Source: Felis catus (Eukaryota). Taken from it: a stretch of 64,000 nt of DNA. Of the stretch, positions 1-14,099 are shown piece by piece. Every line of letters begins with the position of its first letter. Within the stretch, counting starts at the first letter, position 1. The position numbers were made by a program, and so were the translations under genes. The DNA lies in assembly GCF_018350175.1 (NCBI RefSeq), contig NC_058368.1, forward strand, positions 233,308,001 to 233,372,000. Reading direction: 5' to 3'. The notes below the pieces were generated by a model that was given only the letters and a program-made list of their open reading frames with translations, made no database searches and was not told where the DNA came from.

Positions 1-772
1 AAGGAACGGGAAACTACTCAATCGTATGCCAGCAAAACCACTTAGTTTTGATGCCTGTCATTTCTCTCTTCCTATCAGAAGTTCGGCGAAATCTACAGAC
101 GGCCCTGACTCCCTTTTCTGAAAGCACAACCCCCTTCCCGGAACCCCCACCGAAATACACAGCTGAGGGACTCTGGAGCCTCCGGCCCTGAGGTCACAGG
201 AGGCCAGTGATTTGGGGCAGGGGCCGGGCAGTGGCTCGTGGATGGAGCTGAGACACAGCACGTGCCCCTAAAACTACATGAGAACGCATATCACCATCTT
301 TCTGGAGGGATCCATGACTTCTCCCGGATTCTCAAGGCACAAGAGCCACCACGACGACGAGGAATGAAGCAGTCAGTGCCCGGCCGGGTCTGAGCTCTGC
401 TCCCGACCACCCTCCGACGACCGGCTGACTGTCTCAGGGCTCTTCTCGAACGGAAATGCCGCTTTGATGCTGCTATTTTTTCATGGCTTACTGAGTGAGG
501 GGACGCTGTTCTCTCCTAGGCGACAGACACTCTATAGGTGGCGCCACTGTTCTCTCCAATCAACTCACCTCCCAGATCCCTCCTCATTGTAGCCCCACCC
601 CCACACACCCCCAAAGTGAAAAGAAAACATGGGGGGATGTGGGGAGAAAACATGGGGGGGTCGAGAATGAGCGGGCCTGGTGTCGGTCAGAGACCGTCCT
701 CCTTCCCGAGCGTGGGGACCCCAGCAGCCCCTCGACAGCACACGGGGCTCAGAGACAGCTTCTGGAACTTAC

Positions 773-895
773 TGAAATGTCCAATTCCACCAGGAGAGTG
801 GTTTTGATGGCATCGTTCGTAGTCAGCTGAACTGCCTTTGAAATTGGAACTTGAAAAACTGGATCCACGGGAGTCACAGATGCTCGGCTTTCCTC
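773..895 (-). CDS. MTRR: Methionine synthase reductase, exon 6 (123 nt); gene continues beyond window start
   Basis: Translates [41 protein letters not shown]; donor GTAAGT from 772; acceptor tctctcGAG; phase 0/0. Confidence 0.95.
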
Positions 896-2602
896 CTCGA
901 GAGACAAATGTGATAAAATATCACTAAATGCGATTTCCAATTTTACTCACCATTGCTTCACTTAGTGACTAGGTAAGATCTAAAGGGTCTTAGAAAACAT
1001 CCTAGCTATTGAAGAATTTGTTTCTAAGGCAAATGGCTACAGACACACGCCTCTCAATCTTTCAGAAGAGATAGCTCATGCAGATCTTAAATGCCTTGGT
1101 TATTAGGCACATTTCTGGGATATATATTGAAAACATCAGGCACCAGCATTTTCGTGTAAAGGTCTAACAGTATTCCAAGTAAACTGTGCAAAAGGAGGCA
1201 GCGTGCATGCATTATTTCAGGAAGGAGACTGTAAAGGAAAGGACAGAGGTTTAAGGCTGGAAGACGCTTGCAGAGATGTTCCTGAGAACCTTCAGCCTGC
1301 TGGGCACTGACGACGGGAATGTTCCGCACCCACCCTGGTCAGCACAGGAGCCACAGACGCATGTGCCTAACAAACAACTCTTATTTTCATTTATTTAACT
1401 TTAAGTGGCCACCCATGGCCAGTGGCTCCGGTATTAGCGAGCCCAGGTCTTGGGAAACCACAAAGAAATCCAATTGGTTGCACTATTTCCACCCCTTTCC
1501 TACCTTGATGCTCCTCAGCTCTTTTGAAGACAGAAACTTACAAAACGCTAGTCAGTTAACACTGGATACATGGCTAGATGGGAAAACTGGGACAAGCATC
1601 AGAGCTCAGAGCCTGACAGTCATGACATAGGGCTACCGGGAGAAGCCCCCTGCCAGAGATAGCCTTCAGCAGGGCTGCTGGGAGCACTGTCAGCAGACGG
1701 CCCTCAGCTGGCTTGTGGTCATCTGGGACCCCGGTCATGCCTCCTTTCAGAGGCAGCCCATACACAATGACTAGCTGATGACCATAAAGGCCCAGTCCCT
1801 TTGCCCCAACTCTGGCCAACTCTGAAGGGCCATCCCAGCTCCGGAGAACCCCGTGAGATCGGCTGGGGCCTTTGCTGGAACGCCTCGCAGCCCACTTCTC
1901 ACTGTGCCCACTCCTGCTTCTGCCCCCCCTTTCCCCAAGGTGAGGATCTCAAGGGGATACCCTAAAAATAATCACGTAGTTCGATTTACAGGAACCGAGT
2001 CTGTGACAGCCGGTGCTAGAGTGGCTTCAAGATGCTAAAACGGGAGTTTGGAGCTGGATCACCCACCTGGCTGACAACAGCACACGACACTGGTGGCAGA
2101 GGGGAGACAGAGCACAAGGCGGCAAGGCGGGAGCTAAGTGGGAGGGCGCACCGTGAAAGGGAACGCACTGGACAGTAGCTGGTGCTGGAGATCTAGGGGG
2201 AAATAGCACTGATACGACCAGTCGAGTTGTGGGTTTTACTAAACTTCATTGACACCTCTGGAAAAAAAACACAAAAGCTGAGAAAACACTTAAAAACTAA
2301 ACGTGGAAGCCAGAGAACATCCTCCACGGCATCCAAAGAAGCTGCTGTCTCTTGCCTCGGGACAGAAGGCTGAGGCCTGTCTCTGATAGGGAAAGAATGG
2401 CCTCCTGGCAGCTGACGGGGACATGAGGCTTCAAAATCTTGAATCCCTAGATTCCCTTGAAACTGCTGAGTCTGCAGAAGTGGCTACTTCTTCCTACAGA
2501 GAGCAAGAACTCCCTGCTGCGTGAGTCCTCTGCCCTGCAAGCCACGCCCACGCCCCCACTAGGGCATCCCACCCTGGGGGGCTCAGGGCTATGTGGTGGG
2601 AA

Positions 2603-2709
2603 GGCCACGAGGAAGCCTATGAGTTTGACGTGGCCTTCTCCCCCCACGAGGTTAGAGGCCACGAGGAAGCCTGTGAGTTTGACATGGCCTTCTCCCCCCA
2701 CGAGGTACA
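2603..2709. repeat. Tandem duplication, 2 x 54 nt
   Basis: ggccacgaggaagcct(a/g)tgagtttgac(g/a)tggccttctccccccacgaggt repeated back-to-back. Confidence 0.9.
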
Positions 2710-4103
2710 AAGGGAGACATCCAGCATCCTGAGAGGAACTGCAGGCACAGATACCATCCCTAAAAGTCGACAGGACCAGGGACGGTCTCCATCCACTTCG
2801 CCAACCTGGGCCCTGCAACGACCAGGCGGACCCTCGGGGAGGACGACGAGAAACCACAAGAAACACAAACAAGCGGGAAGCCCCAGCTCGGCCTCCGCGC
2901 AGGATGGCTTGCTCTGAGAGATCAGATCCACACGGCCTCAGGCACACAGCGCGTGGACACAGACTTAACCAGTCTGCTCTTCTCCACGTCTCTCCCTAAA
3001 GAAGACCACACGCTTCCACGCAGAACAGACTGTGGCAACGCTCCGGCCGGCTGTTATGGCAATCCGGCTCAAGGTGGGACATCTGGACTTGCAGCACGGC
3101 ACACGAGCCCGTCAGTGCCACGGTGCCCATCAGACCCAACAGGGGACACGTGGCTGGTGTGTGGGCGTCCCCGGGAAGACCCACGCCCTGTGCAGACCGA
3201 GGGGCCAGCGCTCTCAGTACAACCTCCAGGAGCCCGACAGCCTGGGGCAGGCCTGCACCTCCCGGCAGAGGACGCACCGATGAGTCCTGTCCGTCACCTC
3301 ACCTGGGAGAAGCGGGACAGCCTGGGGCAGGCCTGCACCTTCCACACCTGGGATCCTAGGATGGCCGCTCCGACCCCAACACCAGGCGACACACCAGGTA
3401 GCAGCCGTGCGGGGTCCGAGTGACGGGGGCTAAGGGGTCCCACGGCCGGTCCCGCAGCCCAGAGGCCACACAGCCCAAGAGCCCCCAGGAAGGGCACAGG
3501 TGCTGTGGAGCGGGACTGGCCGCTCTCCCAGGGCTCCTCCCCTCCTCTCCCCTTCCCTAACATGACAACCCCAAGAGGATGGCCTAAAATAAATCTCTGT
3601 CCAAGCCCTTATCCTCTAAGCATATCCTTTGGGCAATGTACACAAATATCCCTTAACCGGTTGATATTTTTAAGCCTTTCAACCACACTCCCAGCAACTT
3701 ACGCTTATTTAATGACACTTCCTGTAACAGACACCTCCTTAGATCCTCCTCAAGCGCCCGGTCAGGCAATCACGTTCACACACGCCTCTGCCACGTGCAT
3801 CCGTCCCCACAGCGTGCAACAGGGGCCCTGGACCCGCCTGTGCGCCAGGTTCGTTAGAGGCGCTCATGTCGGTTCCCAGACCTGACAAACGTGTACCTAC
3901 TGTCATCACCTCCGACAACAATTCACGAGATAATCAAGCGGAATGATACCCAATAGTTGTTTATGTATGAAGACTTGTTTATCTGGATGCTTCAGAGAGA
4001 TGCTATAAACGTTAAAAAACCACCATCATATCAGGTGTCAGAAAACAGTTCTAATATACCAGAAAGTCGTATTTAAATTGCTTCATTAAAAATAAGGAAT
4101 CGA

Positions 4104-4315
4104 GGGGCGCCTGGGTGGCTGTTGGTTAAGCGTCCGACTTGATTTAGGCTCAGGCCACAATCTCAGGGTCATGAGATCAAGTCCTGAGCATTGTGTCTGG
4201 GTCTGCACTGGGTGTGGAGCCAACTTAAGATCTTTTCCTCTCCCTCTCCCTCTGCCTCTCTGCCCCACGCATGCTCTCCCCTCCCACCCCCCAAAAACAT
4301 TGAAATAAAAAATCA
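4104..4315 (+). mobile_element. CanSINE (older copy)
   Basis: ggggcgcctgggtgg head, CT-rich body, A-rich tail. Confidence 0.85.
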
Positions 4316-4517
4316 AGAAACAAGAAATCAGGATGGCTGCATGAGGGTGTGGTTTCCATGAGAAAGCCAGCACGAACTCCACAGTCAGCCACTCTAAAGA
4401 CAGAGTGTGGCTCTGCCCCAAAAGACTGGCTTTCAATGGAGATGTGTACCAGGCATGTCGAAAGAGTAGTGACGAGAAATGAGATATTATCCAACTTAAT
4501 GCTCAAAATGTACAGAC

Positions 4518-4740
4518 TTTTTTTAAGTTCATTTATTTAACTGAGAGATGGAGCAAGGGAGCATGTGTGCATAAGCAGGGGAGGAGCAGAGAGAGAGAGA
4601 GGGAGATAGAGAATCCCAAGCAGGCTCCACCCTCTCAGCACAGAGCCCCATGTGGGGCTCGATCTTGCAAACCATGAGATCAAGACCTGTGCAGAAATCA
4701 AGAGTCAGACGCCCAACTGACTGAGCCACCCAGGTGCCCC
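4518..4740 (-). mobile_element. CanSINE
   Basis: Reverse head ...gagccacccaggtgcccc; tacagact near both flanks. Confidence 0.9.
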
Positions 4741-5303
4741 CAGATTTACAGACTACTTTAAACTCACTTCCTTATTGGTACAAAAAAATACACTTGACAA
4801 AAGAAAGTGAGTTAATATAGGCGAAAACAAGTTTATAAGATGTTGCCAAGAAAATTAATCCCCAAAACGGAGCATCCCAAGACACCAAAAAGCCATGCTG
4901 GAAATGAGATTTTACTGTAAAGAAGTGCTTTAAGTTTAGCTGCTAAGGTAATTTCCTGAGTACCCGCAACAAAGAATTCTCCAAAATAACAGAGAAACCG
5001 AGCTCTGAACCATTTGCTGCTTCAACCAGAGGTAATGTAATAACACAAACGCTTCTGCAACACACAAACTTTCCCAGAAAGGGGCCGGGCTTCGCAGGCC
5101 TCGGTAACCACGTAACCCTGTAGCACAGAAGCAGCCGCAGGCCACGTGGGAACGGACGGGCAGGCCCGTGTTCCAACAAAGCTTTATCTCCGGGATAGGT
5201 GGTGGACCAGTTTGCTGCCCTCTGTTGTCATGTAACAACAACAAAACAAACCCCCTGGTGAGTTAACATTCTACAGCACGAGGAATAAAGTAAAGCCACT
5301 TAC

Positions 5304-5682
5304 CTGGCCGAGAAGCTCATGTAGATGCACCTGCAAATATTCTGGTGCAAGGGCAGGGATGTTCAGGGAGGCCTGTGACAGTGGGGGAACCGAGTGGGTG
5401 AGTGAGGGCTCAGACTCTGCTATCAGAGCACTCGATTGATCTCTGTTCACTGCATTCTGTTCCTGAACCTCAGAATCCCTTCTGCCTGAGTCGGCTAATC
5501 TCAGAAGCTCAACTCGTGATTCAATGTGCAATAATTCTGGTTTCACAGGATCCATCCTCTGGGAGGCAGTCGATGCTATCTGGAGAGCTCCGTTTATCTC
5601 CTCTTTTCCTCTAGTGGACGTAAAATGCTTCGTGAGGGCGGCCCAGAGTCCGTCAATCCAGGGCTCAACCACAAATTCTAAA
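5304..5682 (-). CDS. MTRR: MTRR exon 5 (379 nt), end of FMN domain plus linker
   Basis: [20 protein letters not shown]...[14 protein letters not shown] (within ORF 5271..5735); acceptor atccAG, donor GTAAGT; phases fit exons 4 and 6. Confidence 0.96.
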
Positions 5683-7076
5683 CTGGATTGTAGTAACAAA
5701 AAAGGAAAAAATACAAAAAGGCCTAAGTTCTCCACTTAAATGTGCAATACTAGGGCAACGACAGTCTATTTGGCTGAGCACTATGAAGCGGTCAAAAACA
5801 CTAGACATAACAATGATTCGGAATACAAAATACACTTGAGATCGAGTTAAGAACACTATTTTGTGTTCGTCGGCACTTCAGCCACAAACAATGTCAGAAC
5901 GGAAATGAAGCCATTTTAGTAATAGGTAAGAGGAATGGGATTGCTCTTAACTTTCTAAAATATAGTTGGCGATCTTTATTTTAAGCAGCTGTGATTTTAA
6001 ACAGGCATGCTAAATTCCGAGGCTAACAGAACTCCCCCCAAATCCAAGTCCACTCTAATATCACATGACAATTACATAGCTCAAATGCAACTTCACTTTT
6101 TCACCTAATTTACTGACCTTTTTTTCCCCCTAGAGATTAGAATATCACCATGAAATCACTCCAGATTAATGCTATTTTGACTAAGTATAAATAGTTCAAA
6201 TCTTCAACCGGTTCTGGATATTTTTGATAAAATCTGCAGCAAGTCTGAACATAAAGGAAAAAACTAATAATCCTTTAGGAAAGTTGGGTGAATCATAGGT
6301 AGGTCTTAAAATGTGGTAGTGTATTTGCCAATAAACAAAGTAGGGTAGGCCCACAGTAACATCTATTTCCTGAACTGAGAAACTTGTGGATCGGAACCTT
6401 GGAAATAACCTTCTTCTCATTTTTAGTCACAACTCAAAGGACATATCAAATAAATTCTAATTCATAAACTTAAATGGCAGGAGAAGGCACATTCCAGGCC
6501 TCTGTCTTCATAGGACTCTGGCTATAAGCTCATTAGATTCACTAGGTGCTCACAGCTCAAAATTTGGTTCCATGCTCCACATCCACCCCTCCGAGCCTTT
6601 GGCAAAGCAAGTACCCAAAACTCTTGAGTTCCACGATGGCTACTCCATCGAACACACCATTCTCAAGGCTCAGAGATATTGAGACGATGACACTGTCGCG
6701 GGAGAGCTAATGTCCGTGGAGTACTGACTACATGGCAGACATTCTTCTAAGAGGACAGCCTGTGTCAGTTCATCCAGTCCTCCCCAAAACTCTCCACAAC
6801 ACACACTGTTATTCTCTAGTTCACACAGGGAGAGATGGTAGCACGAGAGGGGGAAGTAACGTGACCAAAGTTTCACGGTCACTAGAGGCGGTGGATAGTT
6901 CCGGATCTGGATGCAGGGATTTGGACCCCACGCTGCATCCTGAACCCATCAATGTGGTGACGGGTACACTAAGCCAGGATATCTTTTTGAAAACAATTTT
7001 AGACGAGGGTAAGTTCAAGTAAGGTGGTAAGGTTAAAAGTTTCAGAGATGCAGGTTAATACACTTAAGAATTTTAA

Positions 7077-7287
7077 TTTTTTTTTTAACGTTTATTTATT
7101 TTTGAGACAGAGAGAGAGAGCACGAACAGGGGAGGGGCAGAGAGAGAGGGAGACACAGAATCTGAAACAGGCTCCAGGCTCTGAGCGGTCAGCACGGAGC
7201 CCGACGCGTGGCTCGAACTCATGGACCGTGAGATCATGACCTGAGCCGAAGTCGGACGCTCAACCGACCAAGCCACCCAGGCGCCCC
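7077..7287 (-). mobile_element. SINEC_Fc-type SINE with TSD
   Basis: Full-length; TSD aagaattttaa at 7066-7076 and 7288-7298. Confidence 0.95.
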
Positions 7288-8426
7288 AAGAATTTTAACA
7301 CTCCATCCAGTAAATGCACAGGGAAACAATGCCCCTGACAAGACGTAAAATATGGGCTCAGGGAAAGGCCCAATGGGTTCTAGAAGAAGTTAGCAAGTAA
7401 ACGGCTCTTATGAGACAAACAATGGGAGGTAACAGGATTCTGACAAAAAACCCACCAAAAAAAAAAAATCAATATAAAGGAACAAAACTAAAAGGTGAAG
7501 ACACAAGGCAACACGGTCGAGCTCTGTCACAACTAAGAACGTGCGTGCTGAGATCTGGAAGCGTCCACAGCATCGCAGCTGCAGGAAATGATGGAGGGAG
7601 CGGACACGAAGGGTGGGTTACGTGGAGCCACACTCGTGCGAGGTGGCGCTATGCAGAAAAGCAAGACATTTGCTGACTCTGTCATTATTCATAAAGAAAA
7701 ATCAAGTGGGTATGAATTTAATACACGCACCGAGTAGGAAAAAGCAAGCGGGTATGCTGTAATCTGGCTAAAATGGCCAAAGGCTAAGTGATAAACTAAG
7801 GCGGAGCACGACATCTAGAAGACCTTTGAGCAGACACATGAAGAGGATTTGAGAGGCCGCACATGCAGTGAAATACTGAACTGTAAAAACGAGAATAATC
7901 TAATGGAAGCAGGAATTCTATTTCTGGCCGGCATGGTGGCAAATGGCCATTAAGATGGCGAGGGAGAGAGCCTCGGCACCCAGAGTGCCGGGAAGGCCTC
8001 TGGTCTGTGTTCTCTGCTGGTGATGCGTGGCCTGCCGGGCGCCCTCCACGTGAGGACCTGCATGCAGTCACCCCTGTGCGCGCGGCAGGGAAGCAAGCGC
8101 ACGTGCTATCGAAGTTCCTAAAAAAAAAATGTGGACTTTCACAAAGACCTACACGCTTCAAGATAAACATAACGGTACTGGGGTGGTTTTTCAAATTTCT
8201 TCCGGTAGCAGCTACTGAGATGAGTGAGGCACTTAAAGTCAACAGAATACGTACATGAAGCTCCGGCTGATCTCTGGCCCTAGAGCTAAAAAAGCTAAGG
8301 AAATGAAAATACCACTTTCAAAATAAAAGCTTCAGTGCTAAATCAAAAGTCATCACATTTTAGAACCTCACAGACTTTCATCAAGTACCAGCAGGGGCTG
8401 AGCAGAAACCGCATAGTCTGTCCTTA

Positions 8427-8582
<156 letters not shown>

Positions 8583-8836
8583 TTAAAGAAGGTACATAGA
8601 ACAGATAGAGTATTTTAAACAACATTCTACATGCTGATTAACGAATACATAACGTATAGCTTCATGTTTTCTGAGGTTTTCCTTGAGTAATACTAAGCAT
8701 GCAAACGATCGTCTTCTATCTTACCATGTTAAAGTATCAGATGCATCGAAACACAAACAAGTACTTCTTGGCCACCGTTAACAAAAATATGTTCACATGT
8801 TTGTTTACGCGAATCTGTAAAAATGTGGAAACCTTA

Positions 8837-9038
8837 GGGGCGCCTGGGTGGCTCAGTCGGTTGAGTGTCCGACTTTGGCTCTAGTCACGATCTCATGATT
8901 CATGGGTTCAAGCCCAGGGTCAGGCTCCATGTTGACAGCTCAGAGCCTGGAGCCTACTTTGGATTCTGTGTCTCCCTCCCTCTCTGTCCCTCCCCTGCTC
9001 TCTGTCTCTCTCAAAAATAAACATCAAAAAAAAAAAAA
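8837..9038 (+). mobile_element. Felid CanSINE
   Basis: Typical head, cagagcctggagcct body, poly-A tail. Confidence 0.93.
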
Positions 9039-9129
9039 TTTTAATGTGGAAGGAAACCTTAAAACGAGAATTAGATACGTTAAAAAAAAAAACATAACAG
9101 CTGTCTTTGCAGACTTTTCTGATCTAGTG

Positions 9130-9347
9130 AGAGGTCTGCAAACTGCAGCCTGTGGGCCAAATAAATACCGTTCGCTGTCTTTCTTCACATAAAGTGCTGG
9201 AACACAGCCAAGTCTATCTGTGCACGTAGCATTCATGGCAGCTATCAAGCCACAACAGCAGAGGGAAGTAGTTGTTATAAAGAACACATGGTCCACAAAG
9301 CCCAAAATATTTAGCAGCTGGTCCTCTACTGATTTTACTGACCCCTC
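9130..9347 (+). mobile_element. MER58A-like hAT DNA transposon relic
   Basis: gcaaactgcagcctgtgggccaaa...ccacaaagcccaaaatattt...tgacccct resembles MER58A. Confidence 0.65.
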
Positions 9348-9960
9348 ATCTAGAGCAGAGACAGGTAATATATAATCACTTGCCATGTTTCTGTGTGAGG
9401 TGAATTAGGAACTGCTTCTGTGTCTCCTGGTAAGAAAATGGACTAACATCTTCATACTTGGTTAAAAATTTAAAATTAAAATGGTCAATTTCTCACTTAA
9501 TCATCTCCATGTACCTTCCCAACAAGAACATGGGGAGCTTTTGGAGGGAGGGGGGCATAAACGGACTAAGAATGACCGGAAAGGTTGGGATGGGCTTCAG
9601 TCTATACTTTTTTTCAAGGAATTTTTTTAAAGCAACATGTGTTCATTCTTGAAAAGAAATCAGAAAAACTTGAATAAAAACATGTAAGTACTCTAAACCC
9701 CCCTCTTATTTGAATAAGTTCTGTAAGACAGAACCTAGTCAGCGTCATAACCTCAAATTTCTGATCAGTCACTTAGCATAATCCATCCTTACCAGATACC
9801 CTCCACAAAATAATTCTCAAAGAGCATTCAAAGAACAATACAGATCACAAGCCAGGAATATGGGCTCTGAATTCTCTCTCTGGTGTCCTATCTTGCTGAG
9901 CTGGTCTTTCTGATCCTTTATCTTAGTTTTTTAACCTATACTTCACAGAAACTTAGACGC

Positions 9961-10190
9961 CAGTGTTTCCCAACCTGGGATACATATTAGAATCACCTGG
10001 GAGCTTTTAAAAACCACTGATGCCAAGGCCCCACCTCCAAGCAATTAAGTCAGAGTCACTGGAGATGGGCCCGGGTAACAGATTTCAAGGAAAACTCCCC
10101 TGGCTGGTCCTAATATGTGGCCGAGATTAGAAATCATACTAGGGGAGTGACTCCTAGGGAAATCAGATCGACCTGGGAGCCTGTTTTTAA
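9961..10190 (+). mobile_element. MER5-like hAT-Charlie relic
   Basis: cagtgtttcccaacc...ttagaatcacctgggagcttttaaaa motif. Confidence 0.7.
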
Positions 10191-10410
10191 AAAAAAAAAA
10201 AAAAAAACACACAAAAAACAATAAAACAGCATTTAAAGTTGCTCCTTCAGGGATTCCTTTCATTTTTAACCAAGTTTGGGATGGAGACTAGCCGCTGATA
10301 GTCAGAAAATGTCCCCTGGCCCCAGAGAGGCGCTGCTGTGGGGTGAAGCCAGGGGACTCATTTGCAGAACACAGCACAGTATTTACACTTACGTGTTTTA
10401 CACATTTCTA

Positions 10411-10686
<276 letters not shown>

Positions 10687-11972
10687 CTAGAAGACAAGCA
10701 GGCACGTCAGGGATCTACAGCCGTATGTAGTTTCGACTTAACGCATCGGCCACGCAACCGGCTTAGTCTCTATCCTGAACTGGTCACCTGTACTGCGCGT
10801 TGTTTAACGGCAGAGAGGGTGCGGAGCATGGTCACTCTGGGAAGGTGCACATCCCACTCCTCAGACACCAGGGAGCCTGGCTAAGTCCTCACTCCCTCAG
10901 GGCTCTGGGGGGCTGGGGATAGCGTCAGTGGTAAGCCGAGATCGTCCGCGTTTCCGTGTCTTACAGATCAGGTTTCTTCATCCTAATTCTCACCTAAATT
11001 TAAATATTCCAAGAAGAGCACTTCACCATCTGTATCATGAGTCCAGAGCTCTACTGAGCATGCAGATCCAAGCTGCTTCTGAGGAATTCACTTATTTCTC
11101 AGGCGGACACAAGGATCTGAGCTAACGTTTTTCCAGGTGATTCAATGCTTACAGGACGCGGTGCAAATTGTGTATTAAACTTCTACAGTCTGTTAAAGTA
11201 ACTCCACCTTGAAAAGGACGACCTCGACCTAGGAAGTAGAAAGCTATCTGTTTGAACTTGGATCAGGAACAGCTGGAGAAGTCAATCAGCTGGGACCGCA
11301 CACGTGACTAACAAGGCACTAAAACACTCACCGAATTTTCAAGTAGCCGCTGATTTGGGTGGTGAGGCGACCCTAGGGGCCAAATCCAGGCCAGTTACAC
11401 GGTGCAGACAACTCTGTTTTTGTTCCTATTCTATCATGTGGCATCCGCTACACCAACTCTGAAGTAACCACAGGATTACAGAACCTGCTGATTGGCGGTG
11501 TCCTCCAGGATGCTCCCTGCTGGCTCACCTTGGCCCTCACACAGGAAGGAACCAGGTGGCTCTCCTATGAGCAGAGTTTATAATTCAAGTGTGCTGCCGA
11601 CAGTCTAGTCTTCTGAACCAGAGATGTGGGAAAGGACAGAGGAGCTTATGAACTTGAGTGTACCGGCAGGGTAACTTTTAAAATACTAAGCTAAATTTGA
11701 CTCATGAGTGGCTGGTACATCATCTTGTGCTGGTATGAAAAGCTGTTAGTTGCTATGAACCGGACTGTATAAAACAGTAAAACTGCAGGACTCAATCCCA
11801 CAAACTGAGAGAAGAATATACGTGTGTTATGATCTCACATAACCTAAAGTATGAACTTCTGCAGACACTGAACGTAAAAATAAGCAGTCCTTGACCTAAA
11901 GAAGCCAAATCTTCTCTAGATCCTTCCACTTCGACTTTAAATTTTATTCCACAGAACAATTACATGGTCCTT

Positions 11973-12226
11973 GGGGCGCCTGGGCGGCTCAGTCGGTTGA
12001 GCATCCAACTTCAGCTCAGGTCATGATCTCGCTGTTAGTGAGTTCGAGTCCCGCAGAGGCTCTGCGCTGACAGCTCGAAGCCTGGAGCTGCTTCGGATTC
12101 TGTGTGTGTGTGTGTGTCTCTCTCTCTCTCTGCCCTCCCCCCCTCCACACACCTCCCCACTGCCACTGGCTTTGTGCATGAGCCCATGACTTGCTCTTTC
12201 CCAAAAATAAATAAACTTGAAAAAAA
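11973..12226 (+). mobile_element. CanSINE with internal (TG)n(TC)n microsatellite
   Basis: Head and tail motifs; imperfect TSD attacatggtcctt / attccatggccctt. Confidence 0.9.
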
Positions 12227-12571
12227 TTCCATGGCCCTTCATTTGCAGGAACTCTGACATGAATGCCAAGTCTTTATTTTGAGACATGGGATTTGTGAGT
12301 TGGAAAGCACACACAAGTGCACGCAAACACGTCTCATTTGTTGGCAAAGCCACCCCAAGAACCAAGAAAACCAAGGCAAGCATTACGACTTCTGCTTACG
12401 GTTAACAGTTACTTGCTTCGATTTGGGGGACAGTTTAGTCTAATTCAAACATACACTTATATGCTTAAAAAAATGGCAGAAATCTTACAACACAGTTGAT
12501 AAAATAAATTTCTGAATGTGGTGGGGGAGAAAAGGATTATGGTGGCATTCAGCACCTTGCTTTGCTGTTTA

Positions 12572-12787
<216 letters not shown>

Positions 12788-13019
12788 TCACCTGTAACAA
12801 TTACACTGAAAAAAGAAAAAAAAAAAAAAGAACAAAAACAGAAAAAAGGGATTTTCTTTTTAATTAAGTAGTACACCACAGGCATTAATTCTCCCTCACA
12901 ATCTTTTTTAAGTCTCCACCAATATCCACACATACGAAAGAGACTTCTCTAGATCTGTTAGCATTAATTCTCAGTGAGTCTTAAAAAGAGAGAATTCATT
13001 TAACCACGAGTGAAGCTTT

Positions 13020-13230
13020 AAGTTCAAGGCTCGGAAATCAGTTTCTGGGGTCAGGCTACTTGGGCTTGAATCCAGGGTCCATCATTCAAAACGAGAGAAC
13101 TTCAGGCAAGCTTTTCAACTGATCTGTGCCTCAGCTCCCTCACCCTTACGATGGGGACAATTGTACCCACCTGACAAAGACGTGCTAGCTGCAAAGACTT
13201 GAACAACAGCTGAGACACGGCAGTGTTCAC
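13020..13230 (+). mobile_element. MIR-like SINE
   Basis: gggcttgaatcc...ggcaagc...ctgtgcctcagctccctca...atggggacaat core. Confidence 0.65.
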
Positions 13231-13267
13231 TACGTCTTAGACATTTTTATTTAAAAAAAAATGTAAA

Positions 13268-13461
13268 GGGTCACCTAGGTGGCTCAGTCGGTTAAGTATC
13301 TGACTTCAGCTCAGGTCACGATCTCACCGTGCCCAAGGCTGGGCTCTGTGATGATGGCTCGGAGCCTGGAGCCCGTTTCAGATTCTGTCTCCCTCTCTGT
13401 CTCTGCCGTGCTCTCTCAAAAATAAACAAACGTTAAAAAAAAAAAAAAATTAAAAATAAAA
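13268..13461 (+). mobile_element. Felid CanSINE (internally deleted)
   Basis: Head, ggagcctggagcc body, poly-A. Confidence 0.88.
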
Positions 13462-14099
13462 TTCCAATGAAAGTTGAGGATTCTGTTCCTACATGATCCT
13501 AACGCCGAATAAACCGATCAAAGTACTGAAGTTAATCTACATACTCTGCTTTATGGTTTAATTCAATATCAAACATATGTGGGCGCACAGGTAGATACAC
13601 TTACATATGTACAAAGAGAAAATATTTCCAATCCACTCAAGCTAGTTTATATGTTTTCCTGGAAAAGAAAACCAGGAGTAAAATAAGAAACACTCACAGG
13701 CTTATCCAGTATCTAAAACTGGGGAATTGTTAACTTGTGGGGACAGATGTCACCAAATCAAATCTTGGCTCTTCCAGAATGAACCATCAGCAGGTTTATG
13801 CTCCTCTGACCAGTTACATCCAAAGATAAATTAAGCCACGAAAGACATGAAAAGAATTGGGTTACATAACATGTCTAGAATCATGGGCTGTTTAGAATCA
13901 TGGAATGTCCATAGGGAACATAGCCTGGTACGGAGCAGGTGCTCGATACATTGAACGAATGAACGCATAAGTACTGTAAGGATAATACACATTTGGACTC
14001 GGTGAGAACTGTGGGAATGCAGCGAGAGAGATGGAAATTGTCACCGCTTATCACTATAGCTTGGGCCCTCGAGCACTTCCTAGGCGCCAGGCACAGCCC

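Noticed and set aside
1..772. Equivalent of the human cblE pseudoexon (c.903+469) in MTRR intron 6
   Set aside because: Orthology cannot be established by eye and I found no convincing pair of splice sites.
7024..7276. Recurrent ORFs such as MAQSVERPTSAQVMISR and GAPGWLSRLSVRL across the window
   Set aside because: These are translations of CanSINE copies, not a gene family.
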